Assembly: GCA_012267385.1 (NCBI GenBank)
Contig: JAAXGW010000024.1
Coordinates: forward strand, 19,536 to 83,535
Direction: 5' to 3'
Source: OMG group bacterium
GTDB lineage: Bacteria > Pseudomonadota > Gammaproteobacteria > Pseudomonadales > Azotimanducaceae
Length of the DNA: 64,000 nt
Notes under the pieces: model-generated
Databases searched by the model: none
What the model saw: the letters and a program-made list of their open reading frames with translations, nothing else
Told to the model about the DNA's origin: nothing
In this document: piece after piece, positions 20,056 through 31,134 of the stretch
Numbering within the stretch: position 1 is the stretch's first letter
Layout of the letters: every line of letters starts with the position of its first letter
Made by a program: the position numbers and the translations under genes

Positions 20056-21819
20056 TTACTCCGCCACGAACGATCTCAGAGTTTCGAGTTGTGTTTCGGT
20101 GAAGTCCCCATCCACTCCTCTTTCGTTCAACAATTTCTTAGCTACATCTGATTGTAATTCAGCCGTAGGTAGACTAGCGATCATGTCCAAGACTGTAGAC
20201 GAGCGTTCCCAGATTAACACCCTTGAAGCCACCCTATAAAAGTAGTCCAATCTGTCATTCTCTGCAATCGAGTCTTCTAAAGCGAGCGTATCTTCCATCC
20301 GATTGTGTTCAATGAGTTCAACACCAATATAGGTGTATTCTGAAAGCTTGATCTCATCTCGTACGGACTCTACTAATTCAATCGAGGTGTCGAATCTATC
20401 TGCGGACAGTAGAGATCTGATGACAATCGACTCTAGATTGCCTACCCAGCTCGACGTATGCTCGTCAATAGCGATCGTCATAGCCCGTTGTGGTTCGACT
20501 AATGCGTATTTAGGAAGTACCTCGCGCAAAAGCTCTACCCGTTCTTTTGAGTCTTCTTTAGCAAAGGATAAAACCCAATCCAAGGCAAACTTTGGAGCGT
20601 CAGCAGACCATGTCCTAACAATGGACTCCACAGCCCTATCCACATATGTACCTGGTACCGAGCGCAATTCTTCAATTCGTTCAAGCGCGTCCTTAGGATC
20701 CTCCCGGGCGAATTTAGTAGCGGCTGCCGACAGAGCGTCAGCTCGATACAACCGTGGAATTTCCAACAATCGATCCAATACGACATTAGGACTCTCTTGT
20801 GCCCAATCAATAGCTACGCTACGTAACATTGAATGGCGGAAAAATGACTTAGGTAGACTCTTGACAGCATTGAGTGCTGATTCAGGGTCTTCGACAACCC
20901 AATCTTCGATGAGCCGATATCCCAGACCCCTTTGTCTACTATCCTCAACGCTACTAAAGAAGATAAGAGCTACCTCGCGATCTAACTGAGTAATTTGTTC
21001 AAAGAGTTCCCCGAAAACCCCTCCACCTAATGGAGCGTCGTCGATTAGCAAAACAATGCTTAGTCCATCGGTTTTGTACCAATGCTCTGCAATCTGTCGA
21101 TACAAGTCTATTTGCTCCCCGTCGTCGATTTCGTCATTGATAAGCAAGCTGAATGCTTCCGAAGGATCTTCGTCAAATATCTCGTAGATCTTAAGTTCTT
21201 GCTTGATTGCGGCTAACTCAGACTCGAAGCCAAGTCTATCCGTATCAGAAGATAGATCGCTACTTGGAAGGTCGCTCCGAACCGCAAAGATAGCTTGAGC
21301 GGCTATGGACCTATCTGATCGTGGTAATACCGCTAGCGCGGCGAGAGCTTCGTCGAAATTCGCTACGGACCAGTGAGAGAATATGACGTGTAACAGCGAA
21401 CGCCTTTGATGCTCTGAAAATTTTGCTATACTCGTTTTAGTTTCTTTAGGCGAGATCTGAGCAACATGCTCAACCAACATCTCTTGTATCGTATCGAGCC
21501 TATCGGTTCGAGGTTTCTTCGAACTGCGTTCTATCAATTCGAGAAGTTCGTGTTGACTAAGAGTGTTTAGAGATTCACTTAGCTTGAGGAGGTCGGAATG
21601 GTCGAGATCGTCAGCAAAAATCCAATCTAAATCAGCAAGGTCTTCGCCTGTCCCGGAACGACTAAGTTCTGACTTAGCGTGATTTGAATCCACTCTAGCT
21701 TCCGCATTATTGAGCACCTGCGACAAAAGCAAATATGAGCCCAATCCGACAGCCAAACCAATCGTCAATCCAATTAACGGAATAGACAACGCATTAAATT
21801 TAGTAGTTCGTCCTTTCAC
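20056..21819 (-). CDS. A-type membrane-anchored helical-repeat protein (pair 3)
   Basis: 587 aa with a GTG start. TM: LSIPLIGLTIGLAVGLGSYLLL. It ends ...TQLETLRSFVAE. Confidence 0.8.
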   Translation of the reverse strand: MKGRTTKFNALSIPLIGLTIGLAVGLGSYLLLSQVLNNAEARVDSNHAKSELSRSGTGEDLADLDWIFADDLDHSDLLKLSESLNTLSQHELLELIERSSKKPRTDRLDTIQEMLVEHVAQISPKETKTSIAKFSEHQRRSLLHVIFSHWSVANFDEALAALAVLPRSDRSIAAQAIFAVRSDLPSSDLSSDTDRLGFESELAAIKQELKIYEIFDEDPSEAFSLLINDEIDDGEQIDLYRQIAEHWYKTDGLSIVLLIDDAPLGGGVFGELFEQITQLDREVALIFFSSVEDSRQRGLGYRLIEDWVVEDPESALNAVKSLPKSFFRHSMLRSVAIDWAQESPNVVLDRLLEIPRLYRADALSAAATKFAREDPKDALERIEELRSVPGTYVDRAVESIVRTWSADAPKFALDWVLSFAKEDSKERVELLREVLPKYALVEPQRAMTIAIDEHTSSWVGNLESIVIRSLLSADRFDTSIELVESVRDEIKLSEYTYIGVELIEHNRMEDTLALEDSIAENDRLDYFYRVASRVLIWERSSTVLDMIASLPTAELQSDVAKKLLNERGVDGDFTETQLETLRSFVAE

Positions 21820-21918
21820 TGGTGCTACAGTCTTGGTGCTTTTCTCGGTTTCAATTCTCTACTTGATTCCGCGGAGAAAACGGAGTTCTTGTCGAATCGA
21901 AGGACATCTTGTGCTCGT

Positions 21919-23699
21919 CTAGTTTGTTTCATCGGGAAGAAGTGACCTGACGTATTCCAGTTCGTTCGCGCTTAAATATGGGTACCTTTCTTGTTCCCCA
22001 AGCACGGCAATTGCGATCGTCCTTCGTGTTTCCTCGGTTGGTAATTTCGGTAGGAATTCGAGCAACGACTCAAGCTCAAACCGGAGCCATGGATATACCA
22101 ATCGGCTATAGAATTGAGGTTTCTCTGCCTCCTCAAGACGATCTGCAAGCGCGAGCGCATCCTCAATCCTTCCTGCTACGATAAGGTGATAGCTTATACC
22201 GTTGTATATGTACGGGTAACCCGAAGTTTCTCGAATCTGCGGCAAGAATGAAAGACCTTTATCCAATTCTCCCTGTTGCATCAATTCGAGAATCACTACA
22301 TCTTCCAATCGACGCTCCTCAGGCTGTTTCAGTGCGAACTCCATCGCTCTCTCAGGGTCCGAAATAGCGAGATTTTCCAAAGCCGTTCTCAACATCCATT
22401 GTCCATCACGCGGTCCTTGAGCCATGTTCTTAGACGCCCATTCAACTGCTGCTAAAGGATCTTTGGTGCTCCAAACTCTCACAAATGAAGACGTTGCTTC
22501 TTGGGTGTTGAATCCTCTTAATCTCAACTGGGTTAACAAATCGATGATTTCATTGGGTGGGGAGTTCTCTGCTAAATGCTCAACTGCTATCTCAATAGCA
22601 GTCATCTTATAGTCCTCGGGGACTAGTTCAATGTATTCGAGAATTCGATCTGATACACCACGAATCCACGTTAACAAGTGCGAGTACATTTCTGACGCCA
22701 TCGCGCTGACATATTCTTGTGTTCTGATCGCCTCTATCGCAGCGTCTGGATCGCGTTCAAACCATTCGTCGAAAACATCATCAGCAAATAGCTTCTGAAT
22801 CTCAAGCGACATCGATGAAAGCTGCTTCCAAGTGAGTTCGGGGTTGAGTGCGGCGATTTCGCTCACCACTGAGCTCCACAGAAACCTCGTATCGGCAAAC
22901 ACATCGTACACGAGACTCAACATGGTACTAATGTCGTCGGTACCTTCTCTTTCAACTCAACGCTTTGTAATCTGCGAGAGCATGTAGTGTCGATGAAAAT
23001 ATGAAGTGTCGGCTTCTAAAGCTAAGCTGAATGCCTTCCGTGGTTCGTCGATTACTGCTGCGAGATGTTCTTCATAAGTCCACTTCACGAATGTGTCAGT
23101 GATGTTCAAGGATTGGGTTAAATCCTCGAGTTCATCTACGTCGAGAGTATCTTGATGTTGAAAGACCACAGCGAGCGCTCTACTCTTCCAAGGCTCTTCA
23201 CTTCAAGTACCGAAAATGCTCGCAATGCATCATCAGGTGCCAACATACTCCATTGAAGAGAAACAACATCAAGCAATGGTCCCCATCGAATGCGCGCTGT
23301 TTCCCGCACTAACTCTAACGACTCGGCAGGGTCAATACGCGCCAATTCCGAAAACAGTAGCCTTTGCACAGAGTACGAACTCTGAACATTCTCAATGTCA
23401 AACGTTTGTTTGATGAATTCTGTAATCTGCTTCGAACTCTTGTTATTCACCAACTTATAAAGTCCTACACGTCGCTCAGTCGGACTCTCAAGTTCAATGA
23501 CTGTAGCAAGACTGTTTGGTGCTGGTTCCTGACTCTTACTGACTTGCGTTTTCTCTGAAGTTGAAACACTACCTGTCGATTGCGAAGAAATGTTCATCTC
23601 TGTTTGGTTCGACGGGAAAAATAGAAGTGCGATCAGAAAACCAAGACCAACACCTACAGTTAGACTCACAAGTGTAATTACGAGTCGGTAACGCTTCAT
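21919..23699 (-). pseudogene. B-type paralogue (pair 3), disrupted by one frameshift and one in-frame TGA
   Basis: Three ORF-track pieces (23136-23699, 22957-23169, 21919-22923) together align collinearly with intact B-type proteins. The frame changes near 23195-23205, where ...SVLE / EEPWKSRALAVVFQHQ... corresponds to the paralogues' ...EPWK... block. TGA at 22959-22957 replaces the Trp conserved in the paralogues' ITxRWIE block. Confidence 0.8.
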
Positions 23700-23772
23700 C
23701 TTGGTCGGAACCTATCAATACTGTGTGGATTAAAAGAACGAGAGTGATCATGCGAGTCTCTAGCTGCTCTGC

Positions 23773-25560
23773 TTACTCCGACACGAACCCTCTAAGAGTC
23801 TCGAGTTGTTCTGTTGTGAATTCCCGCGCCGAATACTCTTGACTCAACAATTGCTCTGCGATTCCTGCCTGCATCTCAGTCGTGGGCAATTTAGCAATCA
23901 GCTCTAGGACGGCGGACGTACGACTAAATATAACTGCCCCGGACACGACGCGATTGAAATAATCAATCTGCTCCTCGTCAGTAAGTGAATCGGCTAAGCT
24001 TAGAGTGTCGTCCAAACGGTCGTGTTCGAGGAGTTCTAGGCCTACCTCTTGATATTCCCACAACTTGACCGCGTCGTGAACCCGGTCTAGCAATTCGATT
24101 GCTTCGTCGAACTTGTCGGCAAATAATAACGAACTTATAACATGGTGCTGCAAGTTTGAACTGTTATAGAAGGCTGGATTGAATTCGGCAACTGCTATGG
24201 TCATCGCCTGTTCGGGGGCCACAAGCGCTAATTCTGGAAGTACCTCACGTAACAGTTGCTCACGACTAGATGTGCCTTTCTTTGAATTGCTTTGTACCCA
24301 ATCCAATGCCTGTTTAGGGTTAGCCGACGCCCAAGTATTTACTACCGACTCAATCGCACGGGGTACGTTTGCACCAGGAACATCATGCAATGATGAGAGT
24401 CGGTCAAGCACCTCTTTAGGTCCGTCTATTGCAAGTTCGCCAGCTGCGGTGGATACCGCATCATCCCTAACCGACCGTGGAAGTTCCATCAACCGGTCCA
24501 ATACGGCAGCAGGATCCTTCCTTCCCCATTCATAAGCAAGACTGCTCAGCATGGACCTACGAAAATTCGATTGGGACAGACTTTTGATTGCTTGCAATGC
24601 GTCGTCTACGTCAGCTGCGACCCAATGATCGATCAACGGATGACTCAAAGACGATCGTCTAGTGTCCTCAACAGTACTGAACAAAACAAGCGCTGCCTTA
24701 CGATCTTGTTCGGTGACCTGCTCAAATAGCTCACTAAAAACTCCCGAGCTTAGTCTTGCATCTTCGAGTTGAAGAATGATGCTCATGCCGTCAGATTGAT
24801 ACCACTTTTCCGCAATCAGACGATACAGTTCAATTTGCTGACTGTCATCGATTTCGTCCTCGGCAAGCAATTCGATCGCTCTAAATGGTTCTTGATCCAA
24901 TAACTCATACGTCTTGAGTTCTTGTTCTCGAATTAACAATTCCAATGAGAGATTGAATCTGCTCACCAATTCAGACAACTCTTCGAGAGTCAGATCACTA
25001 CGAGCTCCTACGATTGTGTTGATTGCGACTTGTCGATCCGTGTGAGACAGTTCAGTTACAGCAGTCAGAGCTTGTTCTAAACTCTGTTTCGACCAATTTG
25101 CAAATATTACGCGTAGCAATGCATGTCTTCGGCTGTCCGAAATTTGTGCAATACTTGTTAAAGCATCCTCGGGAGAACTCTCCACCAAGTACTCAATCAA
25201 AGTCTGTTGAAACGTGAACAGTCGCGATGTCGATGGTTGGGAAATACTTTGCTTTAGTAAATCCTGCAATTCGCGAGGACTGAGTGTTCGAAAAGACTCA
25301 CTTAACTTGCGAAGGTCTGAATAGCTAAGTTCATCTGAAGTATGCACATTAACCCCGATCGATTCGTCACCGAATATCGACACATTCACTTGACTACTAT
25401 CCTTTTCTGGATCAGTCTTGTGCGAGTCAGATTCGGTTGCGTTGAAAAAAATCCAAACCACGAACAGGGAAGCGGAAGCTCCGATTACCAAACCAGCAAA
25501 TATAGTCGAAAATGTCCTTAATATCGGGATGAGAATTCTGTGTGTAGGAATATTCTTCAT
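23773..25560 (-). CDS. A-type membrane-anchored helical-repeat protein (pair 4)
   Basis: 595 aa with an ATG start. TM: FSTIFAGLVIGASASLFVVWIFF. It ends ...TEQLETLRGFVSE. Confidence 0.8.
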   Translation of the reverse strand: MKNIPTHRILIPILRTFSTIFAGLVIGASASLFVVWIFFNATESDSHKTDPEKDSSQVNVSIFGDESIGVNVHTSDELSYSDLRKLSESFRTLSPRELQDLLKQSISQPSTSRLFTFQQTLIEYLVESSPEDALTSIAQISDSRRHALLRVIFANWSKQSLEQALTAVTELSHTDRQVAINTIVGARSDLTLEELSELVSRFNLSLELLIREQELKTYELLDQEPFRAIELLAEDEIDDSQQIELYRLIAEKWYQSDGMSIILQLEDARLSSGVFSELFEQVTEQDRKAALVLFSTVEDTRRSSLSHPLIDHWVAADVDDALQAIKSLSQSNFRRSMLSSLAYEWGRKDPAAVLDRLMELPRSVRDDAVSTAAGELAIDGPKEVLDRLSSLHDVPGANVPRAIESVVNTWASANPKQALDWVQSNSKKGTSSREQLLREVLPELALVAPEQAMTIAVAEFNPAFYNSSNLQHHVISSLLFADKFDEAIELLDRVHDAVKLWEYQEVGLELLEHDRLDDTLSLADSLTDEEQIDYFNRVVSGAVIFSRTSAVLELIAKLPTTEMQAGIAEQLLSQEYSAREFTTEQLETLRGFVSE

Positions 25561-25626
25561 ACTATACGATCACAAGAATGTGTACGGAACGATTTCTCGA
25601 AAACAAGTCTTGGTAGACTGTTCGAG

Positions 25627-27411
25627 TTAGTTGGTGTCATCGGGAATGAACGTCCGAACAAACTCTGACTCCTTTTCTGTTAGGTAATGAAAATTCTCAT
25701 GATTTTTGAGAACTTCTGCGGCGAAGATCGCGCGAACTTCTGCAGTCTCTAAATGTGATAACTGTTCGAGTAGAGAGTCCGGATCGCTGTATAACCAAGG
25801 AAAGACCAAGTTTTGATAGAAGCGAGTCCGTTCCGATTCCTCCACTTTCTCTGCAAGTGCCAGCGCTTCGTCAGTCCTGCCTGCACCCACTAGGGAATAA
25901 GCCACGTTGTGATATATCGAACCGTACCAACGCTTCTTCCGTACCTTTGGTGCTAAGGTAAGTGCTTTGTCGAATTCTCCCAACCTAAGAAGCTTCATCA
26001 CAACGTTGACGTCTAGTGAAGACTCCTCAGGTTGCTCGAGTGCTATTTTCATTGCTCTCTCAGGATCCGATAATGCCAGTTGCTCCAAGACATCTCCCAA
26101 CATATACTGTCCGTCATACCGACCTTGTTCTTTGTTTTGAAGTACCCACTCAAGTGCTGCGAGTAAGTCTTTACGACACCAAATTTTCACAAATGAATCC
26201 GTTGCTTCGAGGGTATTTAATCCCCGTGATTTCAACTGATCAAGTAATTCAAGCACGTCGTTCGGTGGTGAGCTGTGTGCGAGGTTTTCGACTGCCATGC
26301 GAATTGCTAGAATCTTGTCAGCTTCTGGTAGCAGTTCGATGTGTTCTTGAAATTCATCCGCTACAGCATCAACCCACGATCGTATACACGAATAACGATA
26401 AAACTCCATCTGAGCCATAATTTCTCTGTTCTGTAATACTTGTATTGCAGCGTTCGGATCGATTGCAGCCCACTCTCTGAAGATTGATCCACTAAACCGT
26501 TTTTGGATTTCTAACGACATAGCGGTCAGCTGTTCCCACACGAAACTTGGATTGTTTTTCGTGATTTCGGTCACAACTGGAGCCCAAAGACCACGCGTGT
26601 CGCCGAACACCTCGAACACAAGATTTAGTTTGGCACTGATGTCGTCAGTACCTGTTCTTTCGATCCATCGATTCGTGATCAGTGTAAGCATTTTGCTTTT
26701 ATCTAAATATGAAATATCAGCCTGTAGCGTGAGGTCAAAAGCTTTTCTTGGTTCATCTATGACCCCTGCAAGCTCTATTTCATACTTCCACAAAAGAAAC
26801 TGCTCGGTGATGTCTATAGAACCCGCTAGTTCAGCTAACTCCGTTTCGTTTAAACTCTGTTGGTGATCAAAAACGGTTCTTGTTGCTCTACCTCTCCACG
26901 GTTCTTTCAATGCCGCAAACGCCTTTAAAGCTTCCTTAGGAGCTATCAAACCCCAATGAATCGCTATCTCATCAAGTAATGTACGCCAGCGCGCGCGTTC
27001 TGTCTCCCAAATCAGTTCTAAGGCTTTTGCTGGTTCAATTCGTGCGAGTTCCGCGAAGAGTATTCTTTGAGCAGGGTACAAGTTCTCAGAACTGTCGACC
27101 GTGAGGGCACTTCCTAGTAATTCGGCAATCTGCTCCCCATTCTTGTTTTCGAGCAGCTGGTAGAGAGCGATGCGTTGCTCTGTTACCTTTTCTAGCTGAA
27201 CTATCTCGACAAGGTTTGTAGGAACTGAATCGGAATCTTGACGGTCCGTTTCTACAGCTACAGATGGAACAGTGGTAGTTTCTTGTGGCGGCGACTGCAC
27301 ATTCGTGTCGTTCTTTGGAAAAAGTATCAAAGAAATCAAAAAACCTAAACCTATGCCACAAGTCAAGCTGGTCAAGGTAAGAATAAGTTGTTTACGTTTC
27401 ATCTTCATCAT
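25627..27411 (-). CDS. B-type membrane-anchored helical-repeat protein (pair 4)
   Basis: 594 aa. It starts MMKMKRKQLILTLTSLTCGIGLGFLISLILF and ends ...LTEKESEFVRTFIPDDTN. Confidence 0.8.
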   Translation of the reverse strand: MMKMKRKQLILTLTSLTCGIGLGFLISLILFPKNDTNVQSPPQETTTVPSVAVETDRQDSDSVPTNLVEIVQLEKVTEQRIALYQLLENKNGEQIAELLGSALTVDSSENLYPAQRILFAELARIEPAKALELIWETERARWRTLLDEIAIHWGLIAPKEALKAFAALKEPWRGRATRTVFDHQQSLNETELAELAGSIDITEQFLLWKYEIELAGVIDEPRKAFDLTLQADISYLDKSKMLTLITNRWIERTGTDDISAKLNLVFEVFGDTRGLWAPVVTEITKNNPSFVWEQLTAMSLEIQKRFSGSIFREWAAIDPNAAIQVLQNREIMAQMEFYRYSCIRSWVDAVADEFQEHIELLPEADKILAIRMAVENLAHSSPPNDVLELLDQLKSRGLNTLEATDSFVKIWCRKDLLAALEWVLQNKEQGRYDGQYMLGDVLEQLALSDPERAMKIALEQPEESSLDVNVVMKLLRLGEFDKALTLAPKVRKKRWYGSIYHNVAYSLVGAGRTDEALALAEKVEESERTRFYQNLVFPWLYSDPDSLLEQLSHLETAEVRAIFAAEVLKNHENFHYLTEKESEFVRTFIPDDTN

Positions 27412-27480
27412 ATATTCGATTAGTGTTGCTAAGAACTCTCACCTGAATTGGCTTGATCACTATGTTCATCAATTGTTGTA

Positions 27481-29283
27481 TCACTCTGCGACTAATGACC
27501 TTAAAGTCTCCAATTGTTTGTCCGTGAAATATCTCTCGATAGCCCATGTATCATCCAATGTCTGATTGACAACTTCAGTTCGTACCCGAGCATCTGGTAT
27601 CTTCGTGACCAGAGTTAGAACTTCTGAGGAGTGGGTATCACTCAGCTTGCGGACTACCCAACGAAAATATGCTGCTCTGTCAGTTTCAGGAAGAACTTCC
27701 GAAATTGAAACAACGTCGTTGAAGCGGTTTTCTAATACTAATTTTTCGGCCACACCTGCATATGTATAAACACGGTTACTCTTAGGTACTTGATCTAATA
27801 AACCGATAGCCGCCTCGAACTGACCATCGCGAATTAGTGAGTCGATCACGCTATGTGTGAGTCCGAGTTCGCCTTGTGCGGGGTTAGGATCTTCTGAAAG
27901 AGCAAATTCCATCGCTTTTTCGGGTTGAACGAGCGCGTATTCACCAATTACCCAATTGAGCATCCGATCTCGTTGCACAGACTCAGTTTCTATGTTCTCC
28001 CGTACCCAATCTAACGCTTGAGCAGGATACTTTGAAGACCAACTGTAAACGAACGTCCTCTCAATTTCGTTGTTAAATGCACCGGGAATAGCCTTCAAAG
28101 AAGGGAGAAGCCTCAGAATTTCATCCGGACTAGTTGCGCCTAGGGTGTTAACGATGGTAAACACGGCCGAAGATCTATGTTTTCGTGGTATTTCAATTAG
28201 TCGCTCAACTACCTCCAGAGGTTGAGTCCTTCCCCACGCACTCAACAGCGTCCTATAAACAGAAGAGCGAAACGATGGATTCGTTAGCGATCTTGCGGAG
28301 TCCAGAGCATTCTCGACGTCAACTGCTACCCAATTTTCCATCAATGGATACATCAAACTAGTTTGTTGATACTGACTGAGCTGCTCTAAGTATTTAAGTG
28401 TTCCTACGCGGTCTTGAGCTACGAAAGGAACAATCATCTCGGTGTATAACGTCCGGGAATTATTAACGAAGTCGAATCGCTTTAGAACATCGAGTCCCTC
28501 AATTTGAAACAATTCATTCAACACTTGGTTGAACAGATCTGCTTGTTCGGAATCTTCGACATCATCAGTAAGGAGCAAATCAAAAGCAGTACTTGGATCT
28601 TGATTCATGTATTCATAAATTTTTTGTTTATGCTTTTGCTCTACGATCAAATCCGCAATCTCTGAGTTGTTGAATGACTCGAGCGTAAACATCACACCGT
28701 CTGTTAAGTCAAGCTCTCGCAGCATGGTTTCTAACACTATGTCTCTATATGGTTGCTTTAGTCCCGCGGTAAGCTTGAAAGACTCTTCCAAATCCCCATG
28801 AGCCAGATGGCGAGCCATAATTCGTAGTAGGTTCTCAACTCTTTGTTCCTCAAACCACACTATGCTTGCGAGAGCTGCAACGGGAGACTGTTCAACTAAG
28901 TACTCGCACAACATTTCCCGAATCGAATGTAGGCTGCTCGTATAAGGTAACGAACCAGTGCGTTGGAAGGCTTTGCGCAACTCTTCCGAATCAAAAGTTT
29001 GTAGGTCCTTACTAATTTTTTGTAGGTCCGACATATTGAAAACGGTGCTTGAAGTTTCTTCATACGCCATTCGTTCGAGCAAAGCATCCGTATCTGAAAC
29101 AGGTCCTAAAGTGTTACCCAAGGAGCCTGCCGATGAAGTGTAATTTTCAGGGGATCCCAACCTAGCTGAGAGAGAGTAGAAGAAAACACTCAATGCAAAT
29201 CCCACAACCAATCCAAGCGTAACCAAAAGAAACTTTTGCTGTACGTTCAAAAACTTAACGTTTGGTTTCGAATCGCTCACCAT
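27481..29283 (-). CDS. A-type membrane-anchored helical-repeat protein (pair 5, most divergent A)
   Basis: 600 aa. The ATG is preceded by AGGTG. TM: FLLVTLGLVVGFALSVFFYSL. It ends ...DKQLETLRSLVAE. Confidence 0.8.
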   Translation of the reverse strand: MVSDSKPNVKFLNVQQKFLLVTLGLVVGFALSVFFYSLSARLGSPENYTSSAGSLGNTLGPVSDTDALLERMAYEETSSTVFNMSDLQKISKDLQTFDSEELRKAFQRTGSLPYTSSLHSIREMLCEYLVEQSPVAALASIVWFEEQRVENLLRIMARHLAHGDLEESFKLTAGLKQPYRDIVLETMLRELDLTDGVMFTLESFNNSEIADLIVEQKHKQKIYEYMNQDPSTAFDLLLTDDVEDSEQADLFNQVLNELFQIEGLDVLKRFDFVNNSRTLYTEMIVPFVAQDRVGTLKYLEQLSQYQQTSLMYPLMENWVAVDVENALDSARSLTNPSFRSSVYRTLLSAWGRTQPLEVVERLIEIPRKHRSSAVFTIVNTLGATSPDEILRLLPSLKAIPGAFNNEIERTFVYSWSSKYPAQALDWVRENIETESVQRDRMLNWVIGEYALVQPEKAMEFALSEDPNPAQGELGLTHSVIDSLIRDGQFEAAIGLLDQVPKSNRVYTYAGVAEKLVLENRFNDVVSISEVLPETDRAAYFRWVVRKLSDTHSSEVLTLVTKIPDARVRTEVVNQTLDDTWAIERYFTDKQLETLRSLVAE

Positions 29284-29358
29284 TTCACACCTAAGTGTTC
29301 AGATGCGGAGAGCAAGTTTATGGTTCCAAAATCTCTTCTCATTGAATTCGATCTCGGC

Positions 29359-31134
29359 TTATGGGTCAATGTTAAGCGGTATATAAGAACGAACGACTTC
29401 GATCTCGTCATCAGTTAAATTTCCCGAAGGACGATCCATTCGCAATATCATTTCCGCAACACGTGCACGATGTTCTTCATTGGGTATCTCCGAAAGTACT
29501 GGAAGAAATTCATTGATATCCTTGAATACCAAATATCGTGCTAAGTTCACAAAATAATCAAGTCTGGTGTTTTCGGAGAATTTCTCAGCAAGCGCTACAG
29601 CTTCTCCTATTCGTCCGTTTTCAATCAACAGTGCGCCAGCCTGTGAGTACAAATGCCTCGCACCCGTTCCTGCTCGTAGTCTAGGAAGCAACTCAAGCCC
29701 TTGATCAAGCCATCCTTGCGAGAGTATCGCTTGAACAACAGATTCCTCAGCTCTACTGCTAACAGATTGCTCAAGCGCAAATTCCATCGCCATCGTAACA
29801 TCAACGATCGCAAGTTGCTGAAGTATGGATGAAAACACGTAATGTTCTTTGTCCATATATTCACTGGCCCAATGTAGAGCTGCGACTGGATCTTGAGTGC
29901 TTAACCAGAAAAAATATGTTTCCAACGCATTCTGTGTGTTAACTCCCACGCTTTGAATTTGATTCAATTGATCGAGTAGTTCCGACGGCTCTATTTGACG
30001 AACTAAATTTCGGACAGCAGGTATCAACATATTCGCCCGGTGGGATTCTGGTACCAAGTCTATTTTTTCGGGTAATTGTTCCCAAACTGTAATAGCCCAC
30101 GTTGCATACAGCTTTCTTAGTTCTTCACTCTCCTGGACCATGTACTCTGATTCATTCAGCTCGTTTAGAGCACTATCTGGATCAAGCTTTACCCAAACTT
30201 TAAACACTTCGTCGTTCAGCATCTTCTGAGCATCCAACGACAGGGTCGACAATTGTTTCCACGTTAGTTTCGGATCATTGGCAGCAAGTTTGGAAACAAC
30301 CGAACGCCACTGGTCCTGTTCGTACTGTGCCTCGAAAAAAGTTTCATGAACCAGACTCAGCATCGAACGGATGTTGTCGATACCTTCTCTTTCTATCCAT
30401 CGATCGGTTATCTGATTCGCCATTTCACTCTTTCGAAACGCCGGGATATCGGCCTGTAGTATCAATTCAAAGCCAGCTTTGGGCTCATCTAGCACTTCAT
30501 CAAGCTGTGTTTCCACGGTTATCTCATTAAGAACGCGGGTAGTACCATAAGCTTCCGCGAACTCGAGCAGTTCAGCGTCTGAAAAATCTTGGCGGGTCCG
30601 GAAGATAGTTCGAAAAGCTTTTGACTTCCAGGGTTCCCCAAGTTTTGCGCTGGTTCGCATGGCACGTTGGGGGGCAGCACTAGCCCAGTCTTCAAAAACC
30701 ACAGTAAAGAACTCGTCCCAAAGTGACCGTTCTGATCGCCACACTAGTTCTACAGAGAGTTCAGGGTTTAGTCGCGCTAGAGCGGCGAAAAGCAATCGTT
30801 GAATCGACGGCAAATGTTTAGTAGTGCCAATCGCGAACGACTCTATGAGTAAGTCAGCAATCTGCTCCCCACTCTTATGTTGAAGCAACTCATAGAGCGC
30901 TAAGCGTCGCGCGGATGCAGTGCCTAGCTCGAGGATTGAAGCTAGATTGGTTAGTCCAGAAGCAGTATTCTCGTTGTCGTCGTCGTCTTTATCCGAAGAC
31001 GGAAGGCTTTCCTCAACTTGAGGCGTTGTGACAGTCTGTGAGTCGGTCCGTGGGAGAAACACGAACGCAACTAAAAGACCCAGTCCAATGCCAATGACTA
31101 CACCACTGAGTATTAGGACGACGGGTTTTTGCAT
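29359..31134 (-). CDS. B-type membrane-anchored helical-repeat protein (pair 5, most divergent B)
   Basis: It ends ...LTDDEIEVVRSYIPLNIDP. The likely start is ATG 31134 (MQKPVVLILSGVVIGIGLGLLVAFVF...); the ORF track begins one codon earlier at TTG 31137. Confidence 0.8.
   Translation of the reverse strand: MQKPVVLILSGVVIGIGLGLLVAFVFLPRTDSQTVTTPQVEESLPSSDKDDDDNENTASGLTNLASILELGTASARRLALYELLQHKSGEQIADLLIESFAIGTTKHLPSIQRLLFAALARLNPELSVELVWRSERSLWDEFFTVVFEDWASAAPQRAMRTSAKLGEPWKSKAFRTIFRTRQDFSDAELLEFAEAYGTTRVLNEITVETQLDEVLDEPKAGFELILQADIPAFRKSEMANQITDRWIEREGIDNIRSMLSLVHETFFEAQYEQDQWRSVVSKLAANDPKLTWKQLSTLSLDAQKMLNDEVFKVWVKLDPDSALNELNESEYMVQESEELRKLYATWAITVWEQLPEKIDLVPESHRANMLIPAVRNLVRQIEPSELLDQLNQIQSVGVNTQNALETYFFWLSTQDPVAALHWASEYMDKEHYVFSSILQQLAIVDVTMAMEFALEQSVSSRAEESVVQAILSQGWLDQGLELLPRLRAGTGARHLYSQAGALLIENGRIGEAVALAEKFSENTRLDYFVNLARYLVFKDINEFLPVLSEIPNEEHRARVAEMILRMDRPSGNLTDDEIEVVRSYIPLNIDP

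Noticed and set aside
20333-20989. Long plus-strand ORFs inside the array genes (e.g. 20333-20989 at 218 aa, 24179-24535, 26016-26420, 18527-18862, 35165-35512).
   Set aside because: They are antisense shadows of the long minus-strand genes. Their translations are Ser/Arg/Cys-rich and not conserved between paralogous units, whereas the minus-strand frames are conserved across all five units.
22957-22959. The in-frame TGA at a conserved Trp position might indicate TGA=Trp recoding (genetic code 4/25).
   Set aside because: TGA is used as a genuine stop elsewhere in the window (alpha-E, the ATP-grasp gene, modA). The same gene also carries a frameshift. A nonsense mutation in a decaying paralogue is the simpler reading.
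24439-24450. A T-A-A-G tetrapeptide in the pair-4 A-type protein resembles the LapG cleavage motif and might link the array to the BTLCP peptidase at 46.3 kb.
   Set aside because: It is present in only one of five A-type copies; the others read SAAAAE, TAVAGQ, SAAATK and so on. It lies inside a predicted helix-rich repeat and is 22 kb from the peptidase. It is most likely coincidence.
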